64,000 nucleotides of DNA. Origin: Deltaproteobacteria bacterium (GTDB lineage Bacteria > Desulfobacterota > Binatia > Binatales > Binataceae). The stretch lies in NCBI GenBank assembly GCA_021831785.1, contig JAKBMB010000021.1, forward strand, positions 8,633 through 72,632. Reading direction: 5' to 3'. The notes beneath the pieces were generated by a model that searched no databases, had not been told where the DNA came from, and was given only the letters and a program-made list of their open reading frames with translations. Position 1 is the first letter of the stretch, and each line of letters starts with the position of its first letter. The position numbers and the translations under genes are program-made. Shown in pieces: positions 1 to 9,634 of this stretch.

Positions 1-468
1 CGCGTTATGGAGGCTAAAGATGTGGTTATGCGCTCCACCCACGCGTACCGCGTACTTTTGCAGCATGCGCAGCCCCGGCCATCCCTTGCGTGTATCCGTA
101 ATTCGCACGCCCAAGTGACTGACCAAGTTGACGTAGCGGCGCGTCTTGGTAGCGATGCCGGAGAGCTGCTGTAGCCAGTCCAGCGCCACCCGTTCGATCA
201 TAAAAAAAGTCGACGCTCGGGCCTGAATCTGCAACAGCGCGGTGCCCGGCCTCATGTCGTCCCCGTCCTTGACCAGGTGCTCGACCACCGCCTCATCGTC
301 GACCAGCCTTACAGTCTCGTCGGCCAATAGCAGCCCGCAAACCACTCCCGATCCCTTGGCGTAAACCTGCCCGGTCTGCACCGGGTCGTCATCCACCAGG
401 AACCCGCCGGTCGTGTCTCCCGGCCCGATCTCTTCACGCAACGCCTGCTCCACATATGGCCTTATCAT
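1..468 (-). CDS. nadC: nicotinate-nucleotide pyrophosphorylase (quinolinate phosphoribosyltransferase), N-terminal 156 codons; rest of gene lies beyond the window start
   Basis: Own reverse-strand translation from the ATG (complement of 466-468): MIRPYVEQALREEIGPGDTTGG...ERVALDWLQQLSGIATKTRRYV...DTRKGWPGLRMLQKYAVRVGGAHNH. This matches the conserved NadC blocks (ER.ALN.LQ.LSGIAT; DTRKT.PGLR..EKYAVR.GG..NHR). Absent from the ORF track because the window edge truncates it. Confidence 0.85.
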   Translation of the reverse strand, partial: MIRPYVEQALREEIGPGDTTGGFLVDDDPVQTGQVYAKGSGVVCGLLLADETVRLVDDEAVVEHLVKDGDDMRPGTALLQIQARASTFFMIERVALDWLQQLSGIATKTRRYVNLVSHLGVRITDTRKGWPGLRMLQKYAVRVGGAHNHIFSLHNA

Positions 469-840
469 GAAGCGATTCAGTCGCACCGCGGTTCTCCCTT
501 CAAATGCCTCGCCGTTCTGAGCGCCCGCCGCATGATAACAAATGGGAGAGAACGAGTACACCCGAGCGGGACGGCGGCGGCACGTTCCTGATTTACGTCC
601 TTGAAACAGGCCGATACCGGCGGGGCCATGAAATTAGTCCGTCAAGGCCGCACGACCCTAGCGTCGGGGCTGCGTCGGTGGGAGCTTGAGAATTCCCTCA
701 AAAAAAGTTACCCCAACGCGGTGTTATCTTGGACGGGTTCTCTATTGCTTCTTTCGCGTGCCGCAGGGCTAGTATGATAGGGTCTGGCGCGCTTAGATCC
801 GGACACTCGAATCGCTTCGCTCGCACTGGGGAGCTATAAC

Positions 841-1221
841 ATGCCGCAGGGCGCTCGAATTCTCGACCTCGGTTGGGTCCTGGCCGGCCCCTTCGCAGGT
901 CAGCTTCTCGCTCAGCTTGGGGCAGACGTGATCAAGGTCGAGCCGCTCGAGGGCGATATGGCGCGTACAATCCCGCCTCACTTGGTCGACGGCAAGTCCT
1001 CTTTCTTCTTGGCGGTCAATCGCGGCAAGCGCAGCATCACGATCAATATCAAGCACGAGCGCGGCGCGGCGGCGAGGCGGTGCGCCGCGGCTACCAAGTC
1101 GCCGATCCGACCAGGGGCCTCTATGAGGCGACGGCGCGCAAGCGCTCAGCGCCCGTCAAATGAGCTACCCGCTGGCGCAGAGCGCCCAGACGGCGAAGGA
1201 TCATGGGGCGCCTGCGGTTAA
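841..1221 (+). pseudogene. CoA-transferase family III (CaiB/BaiF-like) N-terminal fragment, truncated or frameshifted
   Basis: The first ~65 aa (ILDLGWVLAGPFAGQLLAQLGADVIKVEPLEGDMAR...FFLAVNRGKRSITINIKHERG) match the N-terminal fold of family III CoA-transferases. The remaining ~60 aa are Arg/Ala-rich low-complexity sequence, and the ORF is far shorter than the ~400 aa typical of the family. Confidence 0.55.
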
Positions 1222-1401
1222 AGCGGCTCGCTCTTCAGCGTGGCGATGCGGCCCCACGAACGCTTAGCAGGTCGCGGAAAAATTCGGGAGGCACTTGACT
1301 AGCCAGTAACGTTGGCATGAGTCAGCCCATCAAAGCACGTGATTGCTTAGGTCAAAAAGGGTTCCAAAAGGCTTTTTCCGCAACCTGTTAGGGGATGAAC
1401 G

Positions 1402-2154
1402 ATGCTAATTCACAATCCTAGCGGCAACTTCAGCTTTATCGCGGGGATCGGCCCATTCTCTTTCGGCTGCGTGGCAGATAAGGGCTACGAGGTGCTGCAC
1501 GTCACGTTGAAGCCCCTGCTGGCGCTTTGGCCAGGGCTGGACGCGATCGAGCGATATCTCAATGGTCTCGGCCGGCCTTTGAACGCCCTCTGCGGCTTAG
1601 AATTGCGGATACCCGAACCCTTGTCGGCAGAAGGGTTTAACCGCTTCAACCAGCCATATCAGGAGAAGCTCGCGCGATGGAAACTTTACCTCAACGGCAG
1701 AAATCCGGTGGCGCGCACCAACGTCGCCGACGCCGCCGCGCCGGTTAAGGAGCCGTCCGTCTTCGGCTTTTCCTATACCGTTGTGACATCCAACTCGGAG
1801 ACAACCTTCGTCTTGGCCGGTGCGCCGGAGGTGCGCAGGAGCGAGTCGGGCGAATCGCAGATCGTTGCCCTCGGCGACACCTCTAGGCACGCGATGAGCC
1901 AGAAGGCCGAGTTCGTGATGCAAGTGGTCGGTGCCCGACTCAAGGAGATGGACGTTCGATGGAGCGACGCGACCCACGTGGGGGTCTATACCGTGCACGA
2001 TATTCATCCGCTGATAGAGTCAACGATTGCGCCCGCGATAAACGGCGCCAGCCGCTACGGAGTGTGCTGGTACTATGCGCGTCCGCCGGTGGTAGATTTC
2101 GACTTCGAGCTGGACGCCCGAGGAGTGCGTCGCGAGGAGTTTCTCAAGCCGTAA
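1402..2154 (+). CDS. hypothetical protein (250 aa), function unknown
   Basis: Clean ORF with non-repetitive, protein-like composition and no competing ORF of similar quality. I do not recognise a motif securely. Confidence 0.5.
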   Translation: MLIHNPSGNFSFIAGIGPFSFGCVADKGYEVLHVTLKPLLALWPGLDAIERYLNGLGRPLNALCGLELRIPEPLSAEGFNRFNQPYQEKLARWKLYLNGRNPVARTNVADAAAPVKEPSVFGFSYTVVTSNSETTFVLAGAPEVRRSESGESQIVALGDTSRHAMSQKAEFVMQVVGARLKEMDVRWSDATHVGVYTVHDIHPLIESTIAPAINGASRYGVCWYYARPPVVDFDFELDARGVRREEFLKP

Positions 2155-2830
2155 CGCGGTCCGCAAATGTCCCGACGGTAAAGAGCGTCATACTGACAGC
2201 CAGCGTCGGGCTTAGTTCCTCCGCGGGTTAATTTACTCATAACTTTTCGCAATAAGTTAACACTCACTCATAAGTTAAATAAATTAAGAGGCTTTTCAGC
2301 GGGGCGGTTCAGCGAGGCGGAAAAAGTACATATGGCGAAAGTGTAAGCCAATGTGCGCATGCGCTGAGCGTATTGCTACATGCGTGGAAAGCTTGAGCAT
2401 ATCTTTATCGACAGCTTCCCGAGCTCGTGGTGGCCTTACCAAGCCCTAAAGCGCCTTGCCTAAAGACTCGTGCGACGCCCCTTGTTCATACCTTCTGGGG
2501 CCTTGGCCGGTGCTCGAAGGCATGGATTTGCATGCCCCAAATTAGCAAAAAGTCAAAAGCTCAGACCAGCGGCGGCGCGAACGTAATCTAGCCCTTGCTC
2601 AGCCATATCTAAGCCGTCTCTAGAGGTGGCCTAAGTGTCGTTCCCGTAACCGATCGGGTTGGATCAAACCCGCTGCCCCGGATCGAAGAACGGGACGTAA
2701 CCGAAGCTGCAAACGAAACGTTTACCCGCCTAGGAGGGCCGTTGCTCAGGTGCATTCTTTAAGCTAGGGTAAGCACCAAGATTGGCCCGTACCGGTCAAT
2801 TGCAACGTCAAAAAACGGGGGAAAATTGTT

Positions 2831-4195
2831 ATGGCAGGATCGGCGCCGTCGGTTAGCACAAGCGGTCCGAGCGCAAGCTATAGTCTCAAGTTTGTCATCG
2901 CTGCCTCTTCAGTCGGTACGCTGATCGAATGGTACGACTTCTATCTTTACGGCAGTTTGGCCGTATTCTTCTCCACCCAGTTTTTCCCTCGCCAGAACCC
3001 GACCGCCGCGCTTCTGGCGAGCCTCGCAATCTTCGCAACAGGTTTTCTGGTGCGCCCCTTTGGCGCTATTTTCTTTGGCCGCCTGGGCGACCTCATCGGC
3101 CGCAAGTTCACCTTCCTCACAACTCTGATTCTGATGGGCGTATCGACGACCTTAGTCGGGCTGGCGCCGACTTACCGCCAAGTGGGGCTGTTGGCGCCGT
3201 TGCTGTTGGTCTTGCTGCGCATGCTGCAAGGATTGGCCCTGGGGGGCGAGTACGGCGGCGCGGCGATTTATATTGCCGAGCACTCCCCGGACAACCGGCG
3301 CGGCCTTTCCACGAGTTGGGTTCAGACTACCGCCTCGCTGGGCATTGTCATGTCGCTGCTAATCATTCTGGCCTTCCGGCTGGGCATGGGAGAAGCCGAG
3401 TTTCGCGAGTATGGCTGGCGCTTTCCGTTTCTGTTTTCGGCGGTACTGGTAGCCCTATCGATATACATCCGGCTTAGGCTGCGTGAATCGCCGATTTTCC
3501 AGAACTTAAAGGACTCCGGCAAGTCATCCGCAAAGCCGCTCGCCGAGAGCTTCGGCAGCGGCAAGAATTGGCGCCTTATACTGATCGCCCTGTTCGGCGC
3601 CGTGGCGCCCGAAGGAGTGATCTGGTACACCGGCCAATTCTACGCGCTGTTTTTTATGCAGACGGTGTTGAAGATTAACTACGTCACGGTGTATTGGATT
3701 ATCATCGCGGCAATCACACTGGCGACGCCGTTGTTCCTGGTCTTCGGCGCATGGTCGGACCGCATCGGACGGCGCAACATCATGGTGGCGGCCCAGATCC
3801 TCGCGGTGATCACCTTCATTCCGGTGTACATGGCGATGCAGGCCAATGCCAACAACCCGGTAATACTTGCAGCTCTGGTTTTTTATCAGGTGATCTTGGT
3901 AACTATGGTGTACGGACCGCTGGGTGCTTTCCTGGTGGAGTTGTTTCCGGCGCGGATCCGCTACACTTCGCTGTCTTTGCCCTACCACATCGGAAACGGC
4001 GTGTTCGGCGGCCTGGTGCCGCTGATAAACTCCTCGCTGGTGATCGCCACCGGCAATCACTTCGCAGGGCTGCTCTATCCGATTGTAATTTCGGCAATTG
4101 GCATCGTCGTCTCGTTCGTCTATTTGCGGGAGCCGACACACCACATCAAGATCTGGGACGAAGTACGCGGCGAGCTGCCGGCCGAAGCGGTCTGA
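2831..4195 (+). CDS. MFS transporter, metabolite:H+ symporter (ProP/KgtP-like) family
   Basis: 454 aa with multiple hydrophobic helices. Contains the N-terminal IEWYDFYLYGSLAVFF motif and the GRLGDLIGRK loop typical of MHS-family MFS proteins. Confidence 0.85.
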   Translation: MAGSAPSVSTSGPSASYSLKFVIAASSVGTLIEWYDFYLYGSLAVFFSTQFFPRQNPTAALLASLAIFATGFLVRPFGAIFFGRLGDLIGRKFTFLTTLILMGVSTTLVGLAPTYRQVGLLAPLLLVLLRMLQGLALGGEYGGAAIYIAEHSPDNRRGLSTSWVQTTASLGIVMSLLIILAFRLGMGEAEFREYGWRFPFLFSAVLVALSIYIRLRLRESPIFQNLKDSGKSSAKPLAESFGSGKNWRLILIALFGAVAPEGVIWYTGQFYALFFMQTVLKINYVTVYWIIIAAITLATPLFLVFGAWSDRIGRRNIMVAAQILAVITFIPVYMAMQANANNPVILAALVFYQVILVTMVYGPLGAFLVELFPARIRYTSLSLPYHIGNGVFGGLVPLINSSLVIATGNHFAGLLYPIVISAIGIVVSFVYLREPTHHIKIWDEVRGELPAEAV

Positions 4196-4448
4196 CGGCG
4201 TAAGGTTTGGACCTGTTGAATCGGAGCTTGGGCAGCCGCCCAAGCTCCTTGATTCCGTTCTTCTTGCAGCGGACGGCGCTGCTTATACGCCGCCACACCA
4301 GGAGTGAACCGGCGGATGGCTCGCTGCGGATGGCTGCGCGCGCCTGTTGCAAAATTTGAGCAACATTTAATAAAGCTGTTTAGTAGATCGGTTAATGCAG
4401 GAGACCCATCCGAAGCCGGAGGTTTTGGTGCAGGCGAAAGAAGTGAAA

Positions 4449-5036
4449 ATGTACTCGGACTATAAGAGCCCTTATGCCTACCTCGCATTTGATCCGGCCT
4501 TCGAACTTGAAGAGCGCTACCGGGTGCGTGTGCGTTGGATTCCGTTTAATCTTTCGCTCAAGGCCAAGGGCCAGAGAAGTATTTTCTCCGAGTATAAGGC
4601 GAAGTACTCATACCTGGACGCGCGACGCTGGGCGAAGCCTCGAGGGCTGGTAATTCGCGGCCCGCTTAAGATATACGATACGACGCCCGCACTAATCGGC
4701 GGCCTCTTTGCTCAAAGCCGCGGCCGGCTCCTCGATTACAGCCGCAGAGTCTTCGAGCTCTTCTTCCGCCGCGAGCTTGAAGTTGACCGGCGCGAGGCGG
4801 TCGCCGAGGTAGTCGCAAGCCTTGGGCTTTCCGCGCAGGATTACCTCGACTATTTGGCCAACGAGGGCGCCCAGGCTTATCAGCGCTCCCAGGAGGAGGC
4901 GGCGGCGGACCACGTCTTCGGCGTTCCGCTTTTTCTGTTCGAGGGCGAGCCCTTCTGGGGCCACGATCGGATCCCCTTGCTTGAGCAGCGCCTTCGCGAG
5001 AGCGGGCTGGCCGCGACGCGGGCGGCAGATCTTTGA
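4449..5036 (+). CDS. DsbA-family thioredoxin-fold protein (2-hydroxychromene-2-carboxylate isomerase-like)
   Basis: MYSDYKSPYAYLAF...FGVPLFLFEGEPFWGHDRIPLLEQRL matches the HCCA isomerase / DsbA-like family. The internal ATG at 4449 follows a purine-rich stretch and removes an 18-aa unconserved leader from ORF 4395..5036. Confidence 0.8.
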   Translation: MYSDYKSPYAYLAFDPAFELEERYRVRVRWIPFNLSLKAKGQRSIFSEYKAKYSYLDARRWAKPRGLVIRGPLKIYDTTPALIGGLFAQSRGRLLDYSRRVFELFFRRELEVDRREAVAEVVASLGLSAQDYLDYLANEGAQAYQRSQEEAAADHVFGVPLFLFEGEPFWGHDRIPLLEQRLRESGLAATRAADL

Positions 5037-5056
5037 CGGCGGATGGTGCGGGCGCC
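5024..5056. repeat. direct repeat copy 1 (33 bp identical to 8800-8832; looser match about 5012-5065)
   Basis: ggcagatctttgacggcggatggtgcgggcgcc is read at both positions. Copy 1 covers the stop codon and 3' flank of the DsbA-like gene. Confidence 0.9.
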
Positions 5057-5069
5057 CCTCGGCTAGTCA

Positions 5070-5592
5070 CGCCGACTGTTTACTCGCACCTATCGCAATG
5101 AGCAGTTGGCCGCGTTGCTCAACGCTCATGAGCGGGCCTTCCATCACTTCGGCAACCTAACCGAGGAGTTGCTCTCCGACCATCCGCGCACCGTGGCGCT
5201 CAAGCGCGATCGCCAAGGGCAGCACATCCAATAGCGGCCGCAGTTTAAGGAGTTGCCGGACTATTACGACTTTATACCGCGGCTGTGCCGGCCCTACCGC
5301 GCCCGCAACAAATGGAAGGTGGACAGCCGGATAAAGTACGTCAGGCGCAACGCGCTTATGAGCCGGCGTTTTAATTCTTGGGAGGATCTCAACTCTTGAG
5401 AGAAGCTCAACGAGTGGCTGCTACCCTGGGCTGTGACCATTGCCGATCAGCTCATTCACGGCACCACCCACAAGCGGCCCGCCGAACGCTTTGCCGGTGA
5501 AACGTTGCGCCCACTTAAGGCGGCACCGCCCTATCGGATCGAGCGCGAGCCCGCGCGCATGCTGGCCAAGCAATGCCTATTGGCTCTTACAT
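5070..5592 (+). pseudogene. IS21-family transposase (IstA) C-terminal remnant with internal stops
   Basis: Own translation: ...YRNEQLAALLNAHERAFHHFGNLTEELLSDHPRTVALKRDRQGQHIQ*...YDFIPRLCRPYRARNKWKVDSRIKYVRRN...GTTHKRPAERF... This resembles the IstA C-terminus (cf. the YRPQTKGKVE block). In-frame stops and frame changes are present. Confidence 0.65.
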
Positions 5593-5621
5593 AATATAAA
5601 TACGTCTGATAACCTGTTGGC

Positions 5622-6260
5622 ATGGGTAATGCGGCGCGTGTGCGGCGGGACTTTGAGGCTTTGATGCGGCGCCGGATGAAGGCGGTGGAGTTGCTCAAGC
5701 AGGACGTGAGCTGCAGCGAGGTGGCGTGCCACGCTCTTCGCCGACCAAAGCGTGCCAAGCGAGTAGGCTCATCGGATGCGCACTTGGGCGCCGCGCGGAC
5801 AGACACCGGTGCCGCAATATCACCTCAACTGGCAGATGCTCGCGGCCGCTGCCCGTATCACTTGCTGGAATTTCTATTCCCGGCTTTGCCCAGACACCGT
5901 TCGCACCGTCCAGGTGGTGGATTTCCTGGCTTATCTGCTGCGCCACCTGTAGGGCAGGCTGCTGGCGGTCCGGGACCGCGCCAACACTCATCGCAGCCGG
6001 CTAGTCGGCCAGGCTGTCGCCGGCCAGCGGGGCGGCTTGGCACCGGACTACTTGCCGGCCCACGCCCCGGAACCCAATCCGGTTGAGCACACTTCGGCTT
6101 ACCGGAGACACCGCGACCCAGCGCAGCTTCTGCCCGCACGGCTTCGCCCAGCTCACCTACCAAGCTCGCCGCGCTCTGCGCCCCATGCGCCGTCCCCCGC
6201 GCCGCTCGGGCGCAGTTTCCGACAACACGCCCACCCTACCTCTGCGTAGTATATTATGCC
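5622..6260 (+). pseudogene. IS630-family transposase remnant, frameshifted with internal stops
   Basis: N-terminal HTH-like RRRMKAVELLKQDVSCSEVA. Later, in other frames, VDFLAYLLRHL*GRLLAVRDRANTHRSRLV and LPAHAPEPNPVEH (cf. the IS630 motifs DNA..H and LP.YSPELNP.E). Confidence 0.6.
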
Positions 6261-6479
6261 ACGCTCAATAATCACACGGAGCTCTTATTATGAACGGTAA
6301 TTGATGACCGAGATGTCTTCGTTGTCCAATCTCCAATCATGTTGTCTCGCAGATTACTTTTCCGGCGGTTACCGAAAATGCGCCACCACGGTTATTTATC
6401 TAACTTTCGGGACTCTTTGCCAAACAACACCCGAGGCCTACGGCAAGAACTTGCTCGTGTCGAGACCCTACCCGCGCAA

Positions 6480-7694
6480 ATGGCGTACCGGGTCGTTGGA
6501 GCGACCGCTCTACTACTCTTGTGTGCCTTATGCGGGGTCTTCGCGCACGCCGATGATGACGTGACCGCAACCGAGCTAAAGATCGGGAATACCGCGCCGT
6601 ACAGCGGGCCGCTCTCCCGAGACAGTACCATGCAAAAAGCGGAGGCCGCATACTTTCGAAAGGTTAATGATGCCGGCGGCATTAACGGCCGAAAGCTCGT
6701 CTTTATAAGCTACGACGACGGCTATAGTCCACCTCGAACTTATGAAATGACCAGAAGGTTGGTCGAACAAGATCATGTCCTTTTACTGTTCAGCTCCCTT
6801 GGCACCCCGACCAACGCTGCCGTCTGGAAATATCTAAATGACCATCAGGTGCCGCAGCTATTCCTCGAGAGCGGCGCCAGTAAATGGGGTGATCCCAAGG
6901 GTCATCCGTGGACCATAGGTTTTCGCCCCACATACTACGGCGAGGGAAACGCTTGGGCTCAGTATGTACTTCGGCATATACCGGATGCTCGAGTCGGGAT
7001 CCTCTATCAGAATGACGATCTAGGCAAAGACTTTGTAAGTGGCTTCAAGGGTGGACTTGGCGCCGCCGGAAAGAAACTTATAGTGATGGAACAAACTTAC
7101 GAAGTAAGCGATCCGACCATCGATTCTCAGATCGTCAATTTAAAAAACAGCGGTGCCAACGTTTTTCTTAACGTTACCGTGGGAAAATTCACTTCCCAGG
7201 CGATTCGTAAAGTTTACGTCCTAGGCTGGCATCCAGTGCAGTTCATAACCAGCGTAGAATCCTCTATAAGTGCCGTCTTACGTCCCGCTGGCCTTGAAGC
7301 TTCAAAAGGGGCAATCGTGGGCCTCTATGAGAAGGACCCGGCCGATTCGCGCTGGCTTAACGATGTAGATGTAAAAGATTACCTCGCGTTCATGAAAATG
7401 TATGCTTCAGGTGCCGATCCGGCTGACGAGTTCAATGTGAGGGGATATATCCAAGCGCATGCGCTGGTTTGGGTGCTCAGAAGATGCGACGGCGATCTAA
7501 CTCGCATCAACATAATGCACCAGGCAACGAACATGCATGATGTACATCTTGCGATGGTGCTGCCGGGAATAGTCGTTAATACGAGTCCACGGGACTTCTA
7601 CCCGCTAAAGCAGCTTCAGTTAGGCCGTTTTAATGGTGAAAGGTGGGAGCCTTTCGGTGAAGTGATACGCGTCAAGAGTGGAAAACCCCGCTAG
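6480..7694 (+). CDS. ABC transporter substrate-binding protein, branched-chain amino acid (LivK/LivJ, PBP type 1) family
   Basis: Signal-like MAYRVVGATALLLLCALCGVFAHA, then LKIGNTAPYSGPLS...INGRKLVFISYDDGYSPPR...LLFSSLGTPTN, typical of Leu/Ile/Val-binding proteins. Start moved to the Met preceding the signal peptide. GC is markedly low (26/60 in line 7141). Confidence 0.85.
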   Translation: MAYRVVGATALLLLCALCGVFAHADDDVTATELKIGNTAPYSGPLSRDSTMQKAEAAYFRKVNDAGGINGRKLVFISYDDGYSPPRTYEMTRRLVEQDHVLLLFSSLGTPTNAAVWKYLNDHQVPQLFLESGASKWGDPKGHPWTIGFRPTYYGEGNAWAQYVLRHIPDARVGILYQNDDLGKDFVSGFKGGLGAAGKKLIVMEQTYEVSDPTIDSQIVNLKNSGANVFLNVTVGKFTSQAIRKVYVLGWHPVQFITSVESSISAVLRPAGLEASKGAIVGLYEKDPADSRWLNDVDVKDYLAFMKMYASGADPADEFNVRGYIQAHALVWVLRRCDGDLTRINIMHQATNMHDVHLAMVLPGIVVNTSPRDFYPLKQLQLGRFNGERWEPFGEVIRVKSGKPR

Positions 7695-8604
7695 CACTAG
7701 AAGCAGTCTCATAAATAGCGTCTGAGCAGGATGAGGATGCAGGCGAGGTGGACGAAGCCGAGAAAGTTTTCCGGGTAGCGCTCCTGCCTGTGCGTCGCAC
7801 GCAGACAGGCCCAGCGCATCACCAGGCGGCGAAAGTTATGCAGCCAGGCGAACAGCCGTTCGACCTTCCAGCGCCGCCGGTAGCGCCGCAGCGGCCGGCC
7901 GTCTTGGGTGCGCTGGCGGCGATTGGCGCGGTTAGGCGCGAGCAGTTCGATGCCCCGTTCCAGCATCGCTTCATCCAGCCGATCGCTGTCGTAGGCCAGG
8001 TCGCCGATCAGTCGCGCCGGCGGCTCGACCACGAAGCGCTCATTGAGCGTGGCCTCCACCAGGGTTACTTCGTGGGGCGAAGCACTGGCCACGTGCGCGG
8101 CGAGCGGAAGACCTTCACTGTCCGCCACTGCCATGAGCTTGGTCCCCTTGCCCCGCTTGGTCCGCTTGGTTTTTCCAACTCCTGGACCCCTTTTTTAGCC
8201 GGGGCGAAAGTGCCGTTGATGAAGCACTCCTCAAGCTTGATGCCGCCCCGCTCGTACAGGTCCTGAGCCAACGCTTCCAGCACCTGGCGCAGCACCCCCG
8301 AGCGTACCCATTGCTGGAAGCGCCGATGACAGGTCTGGTAGGGCAGAAACTGTTGCGGCAGGTCCTTTCAGCGCGCGCCGCTGCCCAGCATCCACAGAAT
8401 CCCCTCCAGCACTGCCTGCGCCTCGCGCCACGGCCGCCCGCGGCCATCGGCGCGCCGCGGCAGTTCGGGAATCAGTCCCCGCACCACCTCCCACTGTTCC
8501 TCGGCAAGCTCCACCCCGCTTCCACCTCCGCCTCGGCACACCCGCCCACGGCTCAAAGTACCCCAAGAACCTGGACAAAACCATTTATGAGACTGCTTCT
8601 AGTG
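7695..8604. mobile_element. IS5-family insertion sequence (IS427/IS1031-like organisation) with 22-bp perfect terminal inverted repeats
   Basis: cactagaagcagtctcataaat at 7695-7716 is the exact reverse complement of 8583-8604. A two-frame DDE transposase lies between the repeats on the minus strand. The element abuts the TAG stop (7692-7694) of the binding-protein gene. Confidence 0.85.
7709..8556 (-). pseudogene. IS5-family transposase, OrfA/OrfB joined by a -1 frameshift at A6G; OrfA interrupted by an in-frame TGA
   Basis: OrfA: ...LAEEQWEVVRGLIPE...GRGRPWR...GSGAR*KDLPQQF...RRFQQWVRSGV. The TGA at 8368-8370 sits where relatives have Trp in the GAPWRDLP motif. The slippery AAAAAAG is the complement of 8190-8196. 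The -1 frame reads [33 protein letters not shown]..., continuing into DDE ORF 7709..8134. Confidence 0.8.
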
Positions 8605-8799
8605 TGTTATGAAGATGGGGGGCCCGGACCTCGGAGGGGCGCGGCGATAGTAGGGGCAATAAGGCAAGGTCCGAAGCAGGAGCGCGGCAAGGAACACGCG
8701 CAAGGCGGCGATTGAGGCAGGCTCATAGCGCTGCGGCCTCAGCCGGAGCGCCGTGCGGGCGCAAGCGCGGCGGTGGGCTGACGCGCGGGCGGCGCAGAC

Positions 8800-8832
8800 G
8801 GCAGATCTTTGACGGCGGATGGTGCGGGCGCC
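8800..8832. repeat. direct repeat copy 2 (identical to 5024-5056)
   Basis: Same 33-mer. The flanking similarity extends to about 8780-8842 with small indels. Confidence 0.9.
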
Positions 8833-9028
8833 GCCTCGGCTAAGCGACCCTCGGGCGCCGCGGTCTTTCGGTCCGCATCGCTCGCGCGATGTTCGAGACC
8901 CCACAGCAACTGGCCTTTGCGCGCGCACGGTGTGATTCACAAAAGCTCTCGGATCTCGGAACTTCCGCGCGCTACGCTTACCAGTGTCGCGCCTTAAAGG
9001 CGCGCATCAACCAATACGGAGGACACCG

Positions 9029-9451
9029 ATGCGCTCTTACACCAAATACCTTGCGATGACGGTTCCCGCGCGGATGGAATTCGTGAATATCACGGCGGAG
9101 GTCGAGAAGGCAGTGGGCCAAAGCGGCGTCCGCGAAGGGCTATGCCTTGTCAATGCGATGCATATCACGGCGTCCGTCTTCATTAACGACGACGAACCGG
9201 GCCTCCATGAAGACTACAAGCGCTGGCTTGAATGGCTGGCGCCGTTCGATCCCAGCCCCGAGCGCTATCATCACAATCGCTCCGGAGAAGACAATGGCGA
9301 CGCCCATCACAAACGCCAAGTGATGGGACGTGAGGTTGTGGTAGCGGTTACCGACGGCAAGCTTGACTTCGGACCCTGGGAACAAATCTTCTATGGGGAG
9401 TTCGACGGGCGCCGGCCGAAGCGAGTCCTGATCAAAGTCATCGGGGAATAA
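9029..9451 (+). CDS. YjbQ/UPF0047 family protein (secondary thiamine-phosphate synthase-type fold)
   Basis: [25 protein letters not shown]...[20 protein letters not shown]...[39 protein letters not shown] matches the YjbQ family pattern. Confidence 0.85.
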   Translation: MRSYTKYLAMTVPARMEFVNITAEVEKAVGQSGVREGLCLVNAMHITASVFINDDEPGLHEDYKRWLEWLAPFDPSPERYHHNRSGEDNGDAHHKRQVMGREVVVAVTDGKLDFGPWEQIFYGEFDGRRPKRVLIKVIGE

Positions 9452-9634
9452 GTCCGGCGCGGTCTCCGTACGGCCCAGCGCTCAGCCACCGCATGCGCTC
9501 GTTCAGATCCACGAGGTCGGATCTGGGATACTCATCGAGGTAGCTTGAAATAGGAATCAGAGCGCGGCCATCGAATATTTTGAGCGGCTAAAACTCCACG
9601 TTAACCGGAAAGGTGTCAGGAGCGGTATCTCGGT

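Noticed and set aside
3524-4243. 239-aa minus-strand ORF, plus several 100-180-aa ORFs inside 2831..4195
   Set aside because: They overlap the MFS transporter gene. None shows membrane-protein or other recognisable character.
6339-6479. 47-codon N-terminal extension of the LivK-like ORF, and the overlapping ORF 6301..6564
   Set aside because: The signal peptide begins at the Met at 6480. The upstream residues are not signal-like and are unlikely to be translated.
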